NCBI RefSeq assembly: GCF_000021865.1
Contig: NC_014034.1
Coordinates: forward strand, 870,001 to 902,000
Reading direction: 5' to 3'
Length of the DNA: 32,000 nucleotides
From: Rhodobacter capsulatus SB 1003
Lineage (GTDB): Bacteria; Pseudomonadota; Alphaproteobacteria; Rhodobacterales; Rhodobacteraceae
Below, piece after piece: positions 21,254 through 28,907 of this stretch. The notes beneath the pieces were generated by a model that was given only the letters and a program-made list of their open reading frames with translations, was not told where the DNA came from and did not search any database. The position numbers and the translations under genes are program-made. How positions within the stretch are numbered: the first letter of the stretch is position 1; each line of letters begins with the position of its first letter.

Positions 21254-21275
21254 TTCTCCGCCCGAAACCGCCGCC

Positions 21276-22829
21276 TCAGCCCGGCAGCACCACCATCGGC
21301 GTGGCCTTCATCGCCGCGGCGAGCGAGGCGAAGCGGGCCTCGGCCACTTCGCCGAACAGCCCCGCGCCGCGTTTCGTCAGCCGCAGCTCGATCGCATTCG
21401 TCGTCGCGTTGTAGCCCAGTTCCCCCGCATCGCCCGGATCCTGGATCGAGAACATCGCGCCAAAGCGCATCGCCTTGCCCAGAATTTCCGCCTCGCGCAG
21501 CTGTTCGGGCGACAGCAGCGAAAACAGCGGTTCGAACCGGCTGCCCGCGCGCGAATTCTTGTAGCGGTGCAGCAGCGACACCCCCAGAAACACCCGTTCG
21601 GGATGGCTCAGCGCCGCCATGTTGGCGCGGGTGACATTGTCGAAACAGGCCTCGGCGCGGTAATCGGGATGGGTGCGCCAGGTGGTGTCGTGCAAAAGAC
21701 AGGCCGCCCGCATCAGCCGGTAGCGCTTCGGCGAGACCTCGCCGAAGAGCGGCTCGATGAAGGCATGCAGCCGCTTGCCGAAGCCCGGCAGCCGCGACAT
21801 CGTGCGTTCGGCATGCCGACAGGCCTCGATCAGGGGGTCGCGCGCCCGCAGCTTGTCGGGCATCTTTTCATAAAGCAGCCCCTCGCGGATGCCATAGGAG
21901 GAAACGTCGATCTCCTTGGGCTGGAAGGTCTCGATCAGCTCGCGCAGCACCATCGCGGCGAGCGGCACCAGCTCCATCCGCGCTTCCGACGTGCCGGTCT
22001 TCGCCCGCAGCGCCGCCATGTCCTGCTTGGCGACCCAGTCGAGCGTTTTCAGCAGGTTCTCCGGGTCCATCCGGTATTCATGCAGCACCAGAAGCGGATA
22101 GTTGCGCCGCTCCATGTCGAGCCGCGCAATCGCCCGCCAGGACCCGCCGACCAGATATAGCCGCTCATGGCCCAGCCCCACCGCCGCGGCGAGCCGGGCG
22201 ATATGCTCGCGGATATGCGCGGTCAGTTCCTTGCGCCCGCCCTTGACCTGCTGCAGCCGGAACGGACCAAGCGGCGAGGTCGCCCGCGCGCCCACCTTGC
22301 CGCCGCCCAGAACCGCCAGTTCCATCGAGTTGCCGCCGATGTCGCAGATGATCCCCTGCGCCTCGGGCCAGCCCACCAGCACGCCCTGGGCCGAAAGCCG
22401 CGCCTCCTCGGCGCCGTCGATCACATGCAGCCGCAGGCCGGTTTCCTGCTCGACCTGCTTTTGAAACGCCGGGCCGTCCTTGGCCTCGCGCACGGCGGCG
22501 GTGGCGACGCAGGTCAGCGGCCCGATCTCCATCCCCTTGGCCAGCAACGCAAACCGTTTCAGCGCCGCCAGCGCGCGCGCGCGGCCCTTGGGAAACAGCA
22601 TCCCGGTTTCGGCCAGACCCTGACCCAGCCCCGCCATCACCTTTTCGTTGTAGAAATAGGCGGGCGAGCGGGCGGCGCCGTCAAAGACCACCATCCGCAC
22701 CGAGTTCGATCCGACATCAACGACGCCGACGCGCGACAGCGCCCGCGCCGAGGGGTCGTCGAACAGCTCCCGCCCGAAAGGATCCCAGTCCTCGTTGTCC
22801 GAGTGCGGGGCAACGGTCTTTGCGATCAT
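21276..22829 (-). CDS. ppx: exopolyphosphatase (Ppx/GppA family)
   Basis: A 517-aa product. It has the ASKHA phosphate-1 motif (VGVVDVGSNSVRMVVFD), DIGGNSMELA, and a C-terminal HD-like domain (LLHDTTWRTHPDYR). It lies directly downstream of ppk. Confidence 0.9.
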   Translation of the reverse strand: MIAKTVAPHSDNEDWDPFGRELFDDPSARALSRVGVVDVGSNSVRMVVFDGAARSPAYFYNEKVMAGLGQGLAETGMLFPKGRARALAALKRFALLAKGMEIGPLTCVATAAVREAKDGPAFQKQVEQETGLRLHVIDGAEEARLSAQGVLVGWPEAQGIICDIGGNSMELAVLGGGKVGARATSPLGPFRLQQVKGGRKELTAHIREHIARLAAAVGLGHERLYLVGGSWRAIARLDMERRNYPLLVLHEYRMDPENLLKTLDWVAKQDMAALRAKTGTSEARMELVPLAAMVLRELIETFQPKEIDVSSYGIREGLLYEKMPDKLRARDPLIEACRHAERTMSRLPGFGKRLHAFIEPLFGEVSPKRYRLMRAACLLHDTTWRTHPDYRAEACFDNVTRANMAALSHPERVFLGVSLLHRYKNSRAGSRFEPLFSLLSPEQLREAEILGKAMRFGAMFSIQDPGDAGELGYNATTNAIELRLTKRGAGLFGEVAEARFASLAAAMKATPMVVLPG

Positions 22830-22865
22830 CGGGCAGCCTGCTGAGTCGTTACGGTGTGAGCGATA

Positions 22866-25040
22866 TCACGCTATCGTGTCCAGGGGGGAATGGGCAAGGG
22901 CAGGAACGTCCTTTGCCCCCGCAGAGCCCCGGCCGGACAGCGACGGATTTTCCATGAAATAGCGGTGGCAGGAAAAAAGCTCTTTCCCTTCCGGCAGATG
23001 GCGGGTGTAGTGGCCATCGGGGCCCAGTAACCAGCTTTGCGCGGTATCGGCCATGTTCGCGGTCATGATCTGCCCGACGATCTGCGCCTTCACCGTCTCG
23101 TTCTTCGCCTCGACCAGGGTTTCGACCCGGCGCGTCAGGTTGCGGCCCATCCAGTCGGCCGAGGACATGAAGACCCGCGCCTGTTCCGAGGGCAGGCCGT
23201 GGCCATTGCCGAAACAGACGATGCGCGAATGTTCCAGAAACCGCCCGACGATGGATTTGACGCGGATGTTTTCCGACAGGCCCCTGATCCCCGGCCGCAC
23301 GCCGCAGATGCCGCGGGTGACGATGGAAATCTTCACCCCGGCATTCGAGGCGGCGTAAAGCGCGTCGATCACCTCGGGGTCGATCAGGCTGTTCATCTTG
23401 GCCCAGATCTCGGCCGGACGCCCGGCTTTCGCATGCTCGATCTCGGCGCCGATCAGCTCCAGCAGCCGCGGTTTCAGCGTGATCGGCGAGATGGCGAGGT
23501 TTTCCAGCCCCGCAGGCTGCACATAGCCCGAGAGGTAATTGAACACCTTGGTGGCGTCGCGGCCCAGCTGCGCATCGCAGGTGAAGAAGCTGAGGTCGGT
23601 ATAGATCCGCGCGGTGATCGGGTGATAGTTGCCGGTGCCGTAATGGGTATAGGTGACCAGCGTATCGCCCTCGCGCCGCACGACGGTCGAGATTTTCGCA
23701 TGGGTTTTCAGATGCATGAAGCCATAGACCACATGCGCCCCCGCGCGTTCCAGCCGCCGCGACTGGCGGATGTTCGCCGCCTCGTCGAAACGCGCCTTCA
23801 GCTCCACCAGTGCGGTGACCGACTTGCCCGCCTCGGCCGCTTCGCAAAGCGCATCGACGACGGGGCTGTCCTTGGAGGTACGATAAAGCGTCTGCTTGAT
23901 CGCCAGCACGTTCGGGTCATGCGCCGCCTGATTGAGGAAGCGGATCACCAGATCGAAGGTTTCATAGGGGTGATGCAGCAGGATGTCTTTCTGCCGGATC
24001 GCCGCGAACATGTCGCCCGCGTGATCCTCGACCCGTTCGGGCACGCGCGGGGAAAACGGCGGCCAAAGCAGGTCGGGCCGGCTTGACAGCACCAGCTGCG
24101 ACAGATCGGCGATGCCCAGAAGGCCCTTGACCTCGACCACCGCATCGGGCGCGACCTGCAATTCGTCCATGATCAGACGGCGCAGCGCCTCGGGGGCGCC
24201 CGCGGTGATCTTGAGCCGGATCACCTGGCCGCGGCGACGCCGTTTCAGCGCGGTCTCGAATTCGCGCACCAGATCTTCGGCCTCGTCCTCGACCTCAAGA
24301 TCGCTGTCGCGCAGCACCCGGAAGGCGCAATGGCCGGTGTCGGTATAGCCGGGAAAGAGCATGCCCAGATGCAGCAAAAGCAGCTCTTCGAGCGGCAGGA
24401 AGCGGGCCTCGCCGGGCAGACGCACGAAGCGGGCGATCTGCTGCGGGATCGGCAAGAGAGCCTGCATCCGGCGCTTGTCGATCTCGCGTTCCAGTTCCAG
24501 CGCCAGACAGAAGCCGGTGTTCGGAATGAAGGGGAAAGGGTGGGCCGGGTCGATGGCCAGCGGCGAGAGCACCGGGAAGACATTGGCCAGAAAATGCTCG
24601 GACAGGAAGGCGCGGTCGCGGGCATTGATCTTGGTGCGGGTCAGCAGCTGGATGCCCTCGGTCTCCATCTCGCGGCGCAGCCGGTTGAAGGTGGTCTGCT
24701 GCGTTTCCATCAGCTTGCGCGCATCGGCGTTGATCAGCACCAGCTGTTCGGCGGGCGTCAGCCCGTCATCCGAGGGCACGACATTGCGTTCGCGCACCAG
24801 CTCCATCAGCCCGGCGACGCGGACGGTGTAGAATTCGTCCAGGTTGTTGGCCGAGATCGACAGGAAGCGCAGCCGTTCCAAAAGCGGCACGCGCGGATTT
24901 TCCGCCTCTTCCAGAACCCGCCAGTTGAAGGCGAGCCAGCTCAATTCCCGGTTGAAGAAGCGCTTGGGTCCGGTGCGTTCCTCGTCGGGGATGGTGACGG
25001 GGGCGGGGTAGGGGGCGGAGAGGAAATCGGCGAGTGTCAT
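22866..25040 (-). CDS. ppk: polyphosphate kinase 1
   Basis: A 724-aa product. The N-terminus reads [51 protein letters not shown]-like C-terminal domains are present ([12 protein letters not shown].., GRFLEHSRI). Confidence 0.96.
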   Translation of the reverse strand: MTLADFLSAPYPAPVTIPDEERTGPKRFFNRELSWLAFNWRVLEEAENPRVPLLERLRFLSISANNLDEFYTVRVAGLMELVRERNVVPSDDGLTPAEQLVLINADARKLMETQQTTFNRLRREMETEGIQLLTRTKINARDRAFLSEHFLANVFPVLSPLAIDPAHPFPFIPNTGFCLALELEREIDKRRMQALLPIPQQIARFVRLPGEARFLPLEELLLLHLGMLFPGYTDTGHCAFRVLRDSDLEVEDEAEDLVREFETALKRRRRGQVIRLKITAGAPEALRRLIMDELQVAPDAVVEVKGLLGIADLSQLVLSSRPDLLWPPFSPRVPERVEDHAGDMFAAIRQKDILLHHPYETFDLVIRFLNQAAHDPNVLAIKQTLYRTSKDSPVVDALCEAAEAGKSVTALVELKARFDEAANIRQSRRLERAGAHVVYGFMHLKTHAKISTVVRREGDTLVTYTHYGTGNYHPITARIYTDLSFFTCDAQLGRDATKVFNYLSGYVQPAGLENLAISPITLKPRLLELIGAEIEHAKAGRPAEIWAKMNSLIDPEVIDALYAASNAGVKISIVTRGICGVRPGIRGLSENIRVKSIVGRFLEHSRIVCFGNGHGLPSEQARVFMSSADWMGRNLTRRVETLVEAKNETVKAQIVGQIMTANMADTAQSWLLGPDGHYTRHLPEGKELFSCHRYFMENPSLSGRGSAGAKDVPALAHSPLDTIA

Positions 25041-25087
25041 GGGGCGCTTATGCTTTTCGATTGTGACGGCGCGATGACAGTTTGGCT

Positions 25088-25765
25088 TCAGCCTTGCAGC
25101 CTGTCCAGCACTTCGGCGGCCATCGCACGGGTAATTGCGCGCCCCTCGGCCAGCGCGCGTGCATCAAGCGCCTCCACCACCGCCCGCGCCGTGCCCAGCG
25201 CGCGTTCCATCCGCAAGACCAGCCAGTCGATCAGGCTTTGCGGCACCGTCAGCTGACGGTCGGCGAAGAGCTTGACCAGCACCGCGGCCAAAAGCGCCTC
25301 GTCGGGGGGGGCGATGCGGACCGATTGCGTCGCATCAAGCCGGCTTTTCAGATCGGGCAGCGCCACGCCCCAGTCGCGCGGCGGCGTGGGGGCGGTGATC
25401 AGGCAGCGCCCGCCCTCGGCCGCGGTCAGGTTGAGCAGGTGAAACAGCGCCTGTTCCGAAGCCGCCCGCCCGGCCAGATGCTGCGCATCCTCGATCACCA
25501 CGGCGCCGGTCGCGGCCAGATCGGCCACCGTCTCGGGGCGCAGATCCGCCGCCGGCCGGATCACCGCGCCGCGCTCGGAGGCCCAGATCGCCGCCAGATG
25601 GCTTTTGCCCGCGCCCTCGGGGCCCAGAAGCAGCATCCGCCCCTGTGCCCAGGTCTCGGGCGCGTCAAGCAGGCTCAGCGCCAGCGCATTGGCGGGGGCG
25701 ACGAAGAAATCCTCGCGTCCCTCGGCGACGCGCACCGGCAGCGGCAGGGGCAATTGGCGGGTCAT
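25088..25765 (-). CDS. hdaA: DnaA regulatory inactivator HdaA
   Basis: A 225-aa product. The N-terminal QLPLPL matches the QL[SP]LPL beta-clamp-binding motif of Hda/HdaA. It has an AAA+ Walker A-like segment ([10 protein letters not shown]) and a DnaA domain III-like body. Confidence 0.85.
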   Translation of the reverse strand: MTRQLPLPLPVRVAEGREDFFVAPANALALSLLDAPETWAQGRMLLLGPEGAGKSHLAAIWASERGAVIRPAADLRPETVADLAATGAVVIEDAQHLAGRAASEQALFHLLNLTAAEGGRCLITAPTPPRDWGVALPDLKSRLDATQSVRIAPPDEALLAAVLVKLFADRQLTVPQSLIDWLVLRMERALGTARAVVEALDARALAEGRAITRAMAAEVLDRLQG

Positions 25766-25766
25766 G

Positions 25767-26870
25767 TCAGGCCTTGGTCTCGGTGGCGTCGGACAGCGTC
25801 GTCGGCGTGTCGTCCAGCCCGGCCAGGCCGCGGTAAAGCCGCCCCTGCCGGTAATGCTCGATCGCGAAGCGGATCAGCACGCCGATCACCGCCGAGACCG
25901 GCACCGCGACCAGCATGCCGACAAAGCCAAAGAGCGTGCCAAAGGCGGAGAGCGCGAAGATCAGCCACAGCGGATGCAGGCCCACCGAATTGCCGACCAG
26001 CCGCGGGGTGATCACGTTGCCCTCCAGGAACTGGCCGATGGCGAAGATCCCGGCGACAAGGCCGATCGACATCCAGTCGCCCCAGAACTGAAACAGCGCC
26101 AGCCCGATCGCCAGCGCGCCGCCCACCAGCGCGCCGACATAAGGAATGAAGGTCAGCGCCCCGGCGATGGCGCCTGCGAGCAGCCCGAAGCTCAGCCCCG
26201 CCGCCATCAGCCCCGCGGCGTAAAAGGCGCCCAGAATCAGGCAGACCGAGACCTGCCCGCGCACGAAGCCCGAGAGCACCCGGTCGATGTCGCGCCCCAG
26301 CTGCCGAATCGTCGGCGCATGATCGAGCGGCAGAAGCGTGTCGATCTGCGCCACCATCCGGTCCCAGTCGAGCAGCATGTAAAAGGTCACCACCGGCACG
26401 ACGACGATGAAGACCACCGCATTCACCAGCGTCATCGCCGAGGACAAGAGCCCCTGCGCCAGCTCGCCGCCCCGCGCCTTGACGGCATTGCCCAGGCTGG
26501 TGAGCGATTCATTGATGATCGAGCCATGTTCCATCATCGAGGGGAAGGTGGAGGTCAGAAACCCCTGCAGCCTTGTGGCGATGGCGGGGGCGGTCTCGAC
26601 CAGACCGATCAGCTGGCGCACCAGAAGCGGCGCCACCGCCAGCGCCAGAACGACGATGCCCAGCGTGGCGATCAGCGCGATGGAAGTGGTGGCGAGCGCC
26701 CGGCTCAGCCCCAGCCGCTCCAGCCGGTCGGCCAGCGGGTCGAGGAAATAGGCGATGGCGCCGCCCACCAGAAAGGGCAAAAGCACGTCGCCCAGTTTCC
26801 AAAGCACCAGGGCCAGCACCGCGGCACTGAGGCCCCAGATGGTGATTTGGCTGCGAACCGGCAGGGCCAT
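25767..26870 (-). CDS. AI-2E family transporter (PerM/UPF0118 permease)
   Basis: This is ORF-track frame 25767..26978. The start is set at ATG 26870, preceded by AAGGAGAGG (MALPVRSQITIWGLSAAVLALVLW...). It encodes a 367-aa multi-pass protein with the typical FLDPLADRLE and FIPYVGALVG segments. Its stop is 1 nt from the hdaA start. Confidence 0.85.
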   Translation of the reverse strand: MALPVRSQITIWGLSAAVLALVLWKLGDVLLPFLVGGAIAYFLDPLADRLERLGLSRALATTSIALIATLGIVVLALAVAPLLVRQLIGLVETAPAIATRLQGFLTSTFPSMMEHGSIINESLTSLGNAVKARGGELAQGLLSSAMTLVNAVVFIVVVPVVTFYMLLDWDRMVAQIDTLLPLDHAPTIRQLGRDIDRVLSGFVRGQVSVCLILGAFYAAGLMAAGLSFGLLAGAIAGALTFIPYVGALVGGALAIGLALFQFWGDWMSIGLVAGIFAIGQFLEGNVITPRLVGNSVGLHPLWLIFALSAFGTLFGFVGMLVAVPVSAVIGVLIRFAIEHYRQGRLYRGLAGLDDTPTTLSDATETKA

Positions 26871-26888
26871 GCGCCTCTCCTTGCGAAT

Positions 26889-26920
26889 ACCGGGGCAAAA
26901 TCGGGGTTTTGCGGCCCGGT
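26889..26920 (-). promoter_or_regulatory. imperfect 12-bp stem-loop in the 5' leader of the AI-2E permease gene
   Basis: accggggcaaaa (26889-26900) pairs with ttttgcggcccggt (26907-26920), leaving a 2-nt bulge and the loop tcgggg. On the minus-strand RNA it ends 6 nt before the AAGGAGAGG Shine-Dalgarno sequence. Confidence 0.4.
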
Positions 26921-26959
26921 TGCAAGGGCTGATGGCGGAAAACCGGGGCCGGAGCCGCG

Positions 26960-27045
26960 GCCGACGTCGGGGGGGCACCCCGGCGCGCTTTACGCGCTGA
27001 CGTCGGGGGCGCCCCGGCGCGTTTCACGCGCCGACGTCGGGGGCG
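26960..27045. repeat. ~35-bp tandem direct repeat, 2.5 copies, built from nested palindromes
   Basis: R1 (26960-26995) is gccgacgtcgggggggcaccccggcgcgctttacgc. R2 (26996-27029) is gctgacgtcgggggcgccccggcgcgtttcacgc. R3 is partial (27030-27045): gccgacgtcgggggcg. Each unit contains the palindromes (C)CGACGTCGG and GGGGCGCCCC. The R2/R3 junction forms the hairpin cggcgcg-tttca-cgcgccg (27015-27033). Confidence 0.85.
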
Positions 27046-27287
27046 ATCGTCATTTCGGCGGTGCCGGGGCCGGGATAGCGAAAGGCGATGCGCAAAAGCG
27101 GGGGCGGCGACATCCGTTCCAGCTTGCGGAACTTCACCGCAAAGCCAAGGTTTTCCAGATGCGCCATCATCTCGGCGCCCTGTTCGGGCGTGCCGCCGAT
27201 CTGGCGCAGCTCGACGATGCGGATGCCGCGCAGGTGATGGCGCAGCCGGGCGTGGTCGCTTTCGATCAGGAAGGGCACATGGGTCAT
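27024..27287 (-). CDS. orphan 87-aa hypothetical protein (weak resemblance to the C-terminal half of glyoxalase-like/VOC-type proteins)
   Basis: It has a strong GC3 coding signature (about 85% G/C at third positions by my count). The single possible start is ATG 27287; there is no ATG/GTG/TTG in the 34 open codons upstream and no clear RBS. The last ~8 codons and the TGA stop are supplied by the tandem repeat. Confidence 0.5.
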   Translation of the reverse strand: MTHVPFLIESDHARLRHHLRGIRIVELRQIGGTPEQGAEMMAHLENLGFAVKFRKLERMSPPPLLRIAFRYPGPGTAEMTIAPDVGA

Positions 27288-27389
27288 GGCCGCAGCATGG
27301 CAAGGGATGTGCCCCGCGCCAAATGGTTTTTTCGCGACAGCTTCCGCCCGGGCGGGCTGTTGCCGATCCGACGCGGGGCCGGATCGGGG

Positions 27390-28298
27390 CTAGAGGATCC
27401 CGGCATGGCGGATGTCCTCGGCGGCGAAATCGATCAGCGCCCGCAGCTTGCGCGGCAGCACCCGGCCTTCCAGATAGACCGCGCTGACCGGGCTGGGCGG
27501 GCTGTGAAAGCCGCTCAGCACCGGCACCAGCGCGCCCGTGTCCAGCGCGCCGCAGACCGCAAACCGCGGCGCATGGGCGATGCCAAGCCCCGCGATCGCC
27601 AGTTCGGCCGCCGCCCGCGCCGAATTGACGTGAAACCGGCCCTGCACCGTGACCTCCTGCGCCGCCCCCGCCTGCGCGCTGCCCGGGTGAAACTGCCAGC
27701 GCCGCGGCTGCTGCCGGTTGGTGTCGACGATGCAATCATGCCGCGCCAGATCCTCGGGCTCTGCGGGCGTGCCATGCGCGGCCAGATAGGCCGGGCTTGC
27801 CACCACCACGGTCCGGCTTTCGCCCAGCCGCCGCGCCTTCAGCGACAGCATCTCCGAGCGGCCGATGCGAAAGGCCAGATCGATCCCCTCGCGCGCCAGA
27901 TCGACGAAGCGGTCGCTCAGCCGCAGATCGAAGCTGAGGCCCGGATGCGCGGCGGCAAACCGCGCCAGCATGCCGCCGACATAGATCTCGCCCAGCGTCA
28001 CCGGCGCCGACAGCCGGATCACCCCGGAAAACCCGCGCGAGCCCTCGGAGACCCCGGCCAGAAGATCATCCAGATCATCCAGCAGCGCCGGCGCCCGCGC
28101 CAGCAGATCCGCCCCCGCCGGCGTCAGCCCGACCCGCCGCGTCGTGCGCTGCAACAGCCGCACGCCGAGCCGCGCCTCCAGCTCCGCGACATATTTCGAG
28201 GTCAGCCGGTTCGACACCCCCAGCTGATCGGCGGCGGCGGTGAAAGACCCGGTCTGCGCCGTGGCGACAAAGGCGCGCAATTCCTCGGTGATGTCCAT
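27390..28298 (-). CDS. LysR-family transcriptional regulator
   Basis: A 302-aa product with an N-terminal wHTH (LRAFVATAQTGSFTAAADQLGVSNRLTSKYVAELEARLGVRLLQRTTRRVGLT) and a LysR substrate-binding domain. It is divergent from doxX. Confidence 0.92.
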   Translation of the reverse strand: MDITEELRAFVATAQTGSFTAAADQLGVSNRLTSKYVAELEARLGVRLLQRTTRRVGLTPAGADLLARAPALLDDLDDLLAGVSEGSRGFSGVIRLSAPVTLGEIYVGGMLARFAAAHPGLSFDLRLSDRFVDLAREGIDLAFRIGRSEMLSLKARRLGESRTVVVASPAYLAAHGTPAEPEDLARHDCIVDTNRQQPRRWQFHPGSAQAGAAQEVTVQGRFHVNSARAAAELAIAGLGIAHAPRFAVCGALDTGALVPVLSGFHSPPSPVSAVYLEGRVLPRKLRALIDFAAEDIRHAGIL

Positions 28299-28424
28299 CC
28301 GGCCCCCACTCGGAACAAATCAAGGATAGTCATTCCATACATTCTTCATTTCGTGGAGGGTGCGCAAGGCGTATTCCGGCTGCAGCAAGGCCGCGTCGGG
28401 CGGCCCCGAACAGGAGTTTTCCAG
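28299..28424. promoter_or_regulatory. divergent lysR / doxX promoter-operator region with an AT-rich island
   Basis: A 126-bp gap between divergent starts. By my count, 28313-28353 (gaacaaatcaaggatagtcattccatacattcttcatttcg) is only about one-third G+C in a window that is about two-thirds G+C. It contains three CATT(C/T) repeats and T-N11-A-compatible spacing (T28327..A28339). A CAGGAG RBS lies 8 nt before the doxX ATG. Confidence 0.4.
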
Positions 28425-28850
28425 ATGACCACGACCCCCGCCGCCGCCGATTACGCCGCCACGCTGTTGCGCGTCGCCTCGGGCGTGACCTTCCTCGCCC
28501 ATGGGCTGCTCAAGGTGACGGTGTTCACCATCCCGGGCACGGTGGGCTATTTCGAAAGCCTCGGCCTGCCGGGCGTGTTCGCCTATCTGACGATCCTGGC
28601 CGAGCTGGGCGGCGGGCTGGCGCTGGTGCTGGGCGTCGCCACGCGGGCGGTGGCGCTGGCGCTGATCCCGGTGCTTCTGGGCGCGGTCTGGGTGCATGCG
28701 GGCAATGGCTGGCTGTTTTCGGGCGCGGGCGGCGGCTGGGAATTCCCGCTCTTCTGGGCGATCATCCAGCTGGGGATCGCGCTTCTGGGCGCGGGCGCCT
28801 TTGCGCTGCGCCTGCCGGGGCTGGAACGCCGCCTTGGCGTTTTCGCCTGA
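28425..28850 (+). CDS. doxX: DoxX-family membrane protein
   Basis: This is the C-terminal 141 codons of the artefactual 1081-aa ORF 25605..28850. The real start is ATG 28425 (MTTTPAAADYAATLLRVASGVTFLAHGLLKV...). It has four hydrophobic segments and the DoxX signature L.R...G..F..HG..K. Confidence 0.85.
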   Translation: MTTTPAAADYAATLLRVASGVTFLAHGLLKVTVFTIPGTVGYFESLGLPGVFAYLTILAELGGGLALVLGVATRAVALALIPVLLGAVWVHAGNGWLFSGAGGGWEFPLFWAIIQLGIALLGAGAFALRLPGLERRLGVFA

Positions 28851-28860
28851 GCCAACAATC

Positions 28861-28889
28861 ACCGCCCGCGGCCTCACCCCGCGGGCGGT
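28861..28889 (+). other. perfect 11-bp GC-rich stem-loop between doxX and the dioxygenase gene
   Basis: accgcccgcgg (28861-28871), loop cctcacc, ccgcgggcggt (28879-28889). It starts 11 nt after the doxX stop and ends 7 nt before the AAGGAGAAA RBS of the next gene. There is no U-tract. Confidence 0.5.
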
Positions 28890-28907
28890 CTGCCCAAGGA
28901 GAAAGCC

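Noticed and set aside
21044-21275. tRNA or other canonical RNA gene in the larger intergenic gaps (also 3050-3244, 18195-18345, 30672-30957)
   Set aside because: I could not find a T-loop (GGTTCGAAT-like) or D-loop signature, or cloverleaf spacing. The stems present are simple GC hairpins.
26960-27045. Possible CRISPR array
   Set aside because: There are only 2.5 directly abutting units with no spacers between them, and no cas genes in the window. This is a plain tandem repeat.
27288-27392. Stop-codon read-through or fusion of the LysR gene with the orphan ORF. Both are in the same frame, separated by one TAG and 34 open codons.
   Set aside because: Sharing a frame has a one-in-three chance. 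The intervening codons (PRSGPASDRQQPARAEAVAKKPFGAGHIPCHAAA) look like non-coding GC-rich sequence, and the LysR protein is already full length at the TAG.
25605-28850. 1081-aa plus-strand ORF spanning hdaA, the permease, the orphan ORF and the LysR gene
   Set aside because: Only the last 141 codons (from ATG 28425, preceded by a CAGGAG RBS) encode a recognisable protein (DoxX). Everything upstream is antisense to four well-supported minus-strand genes.
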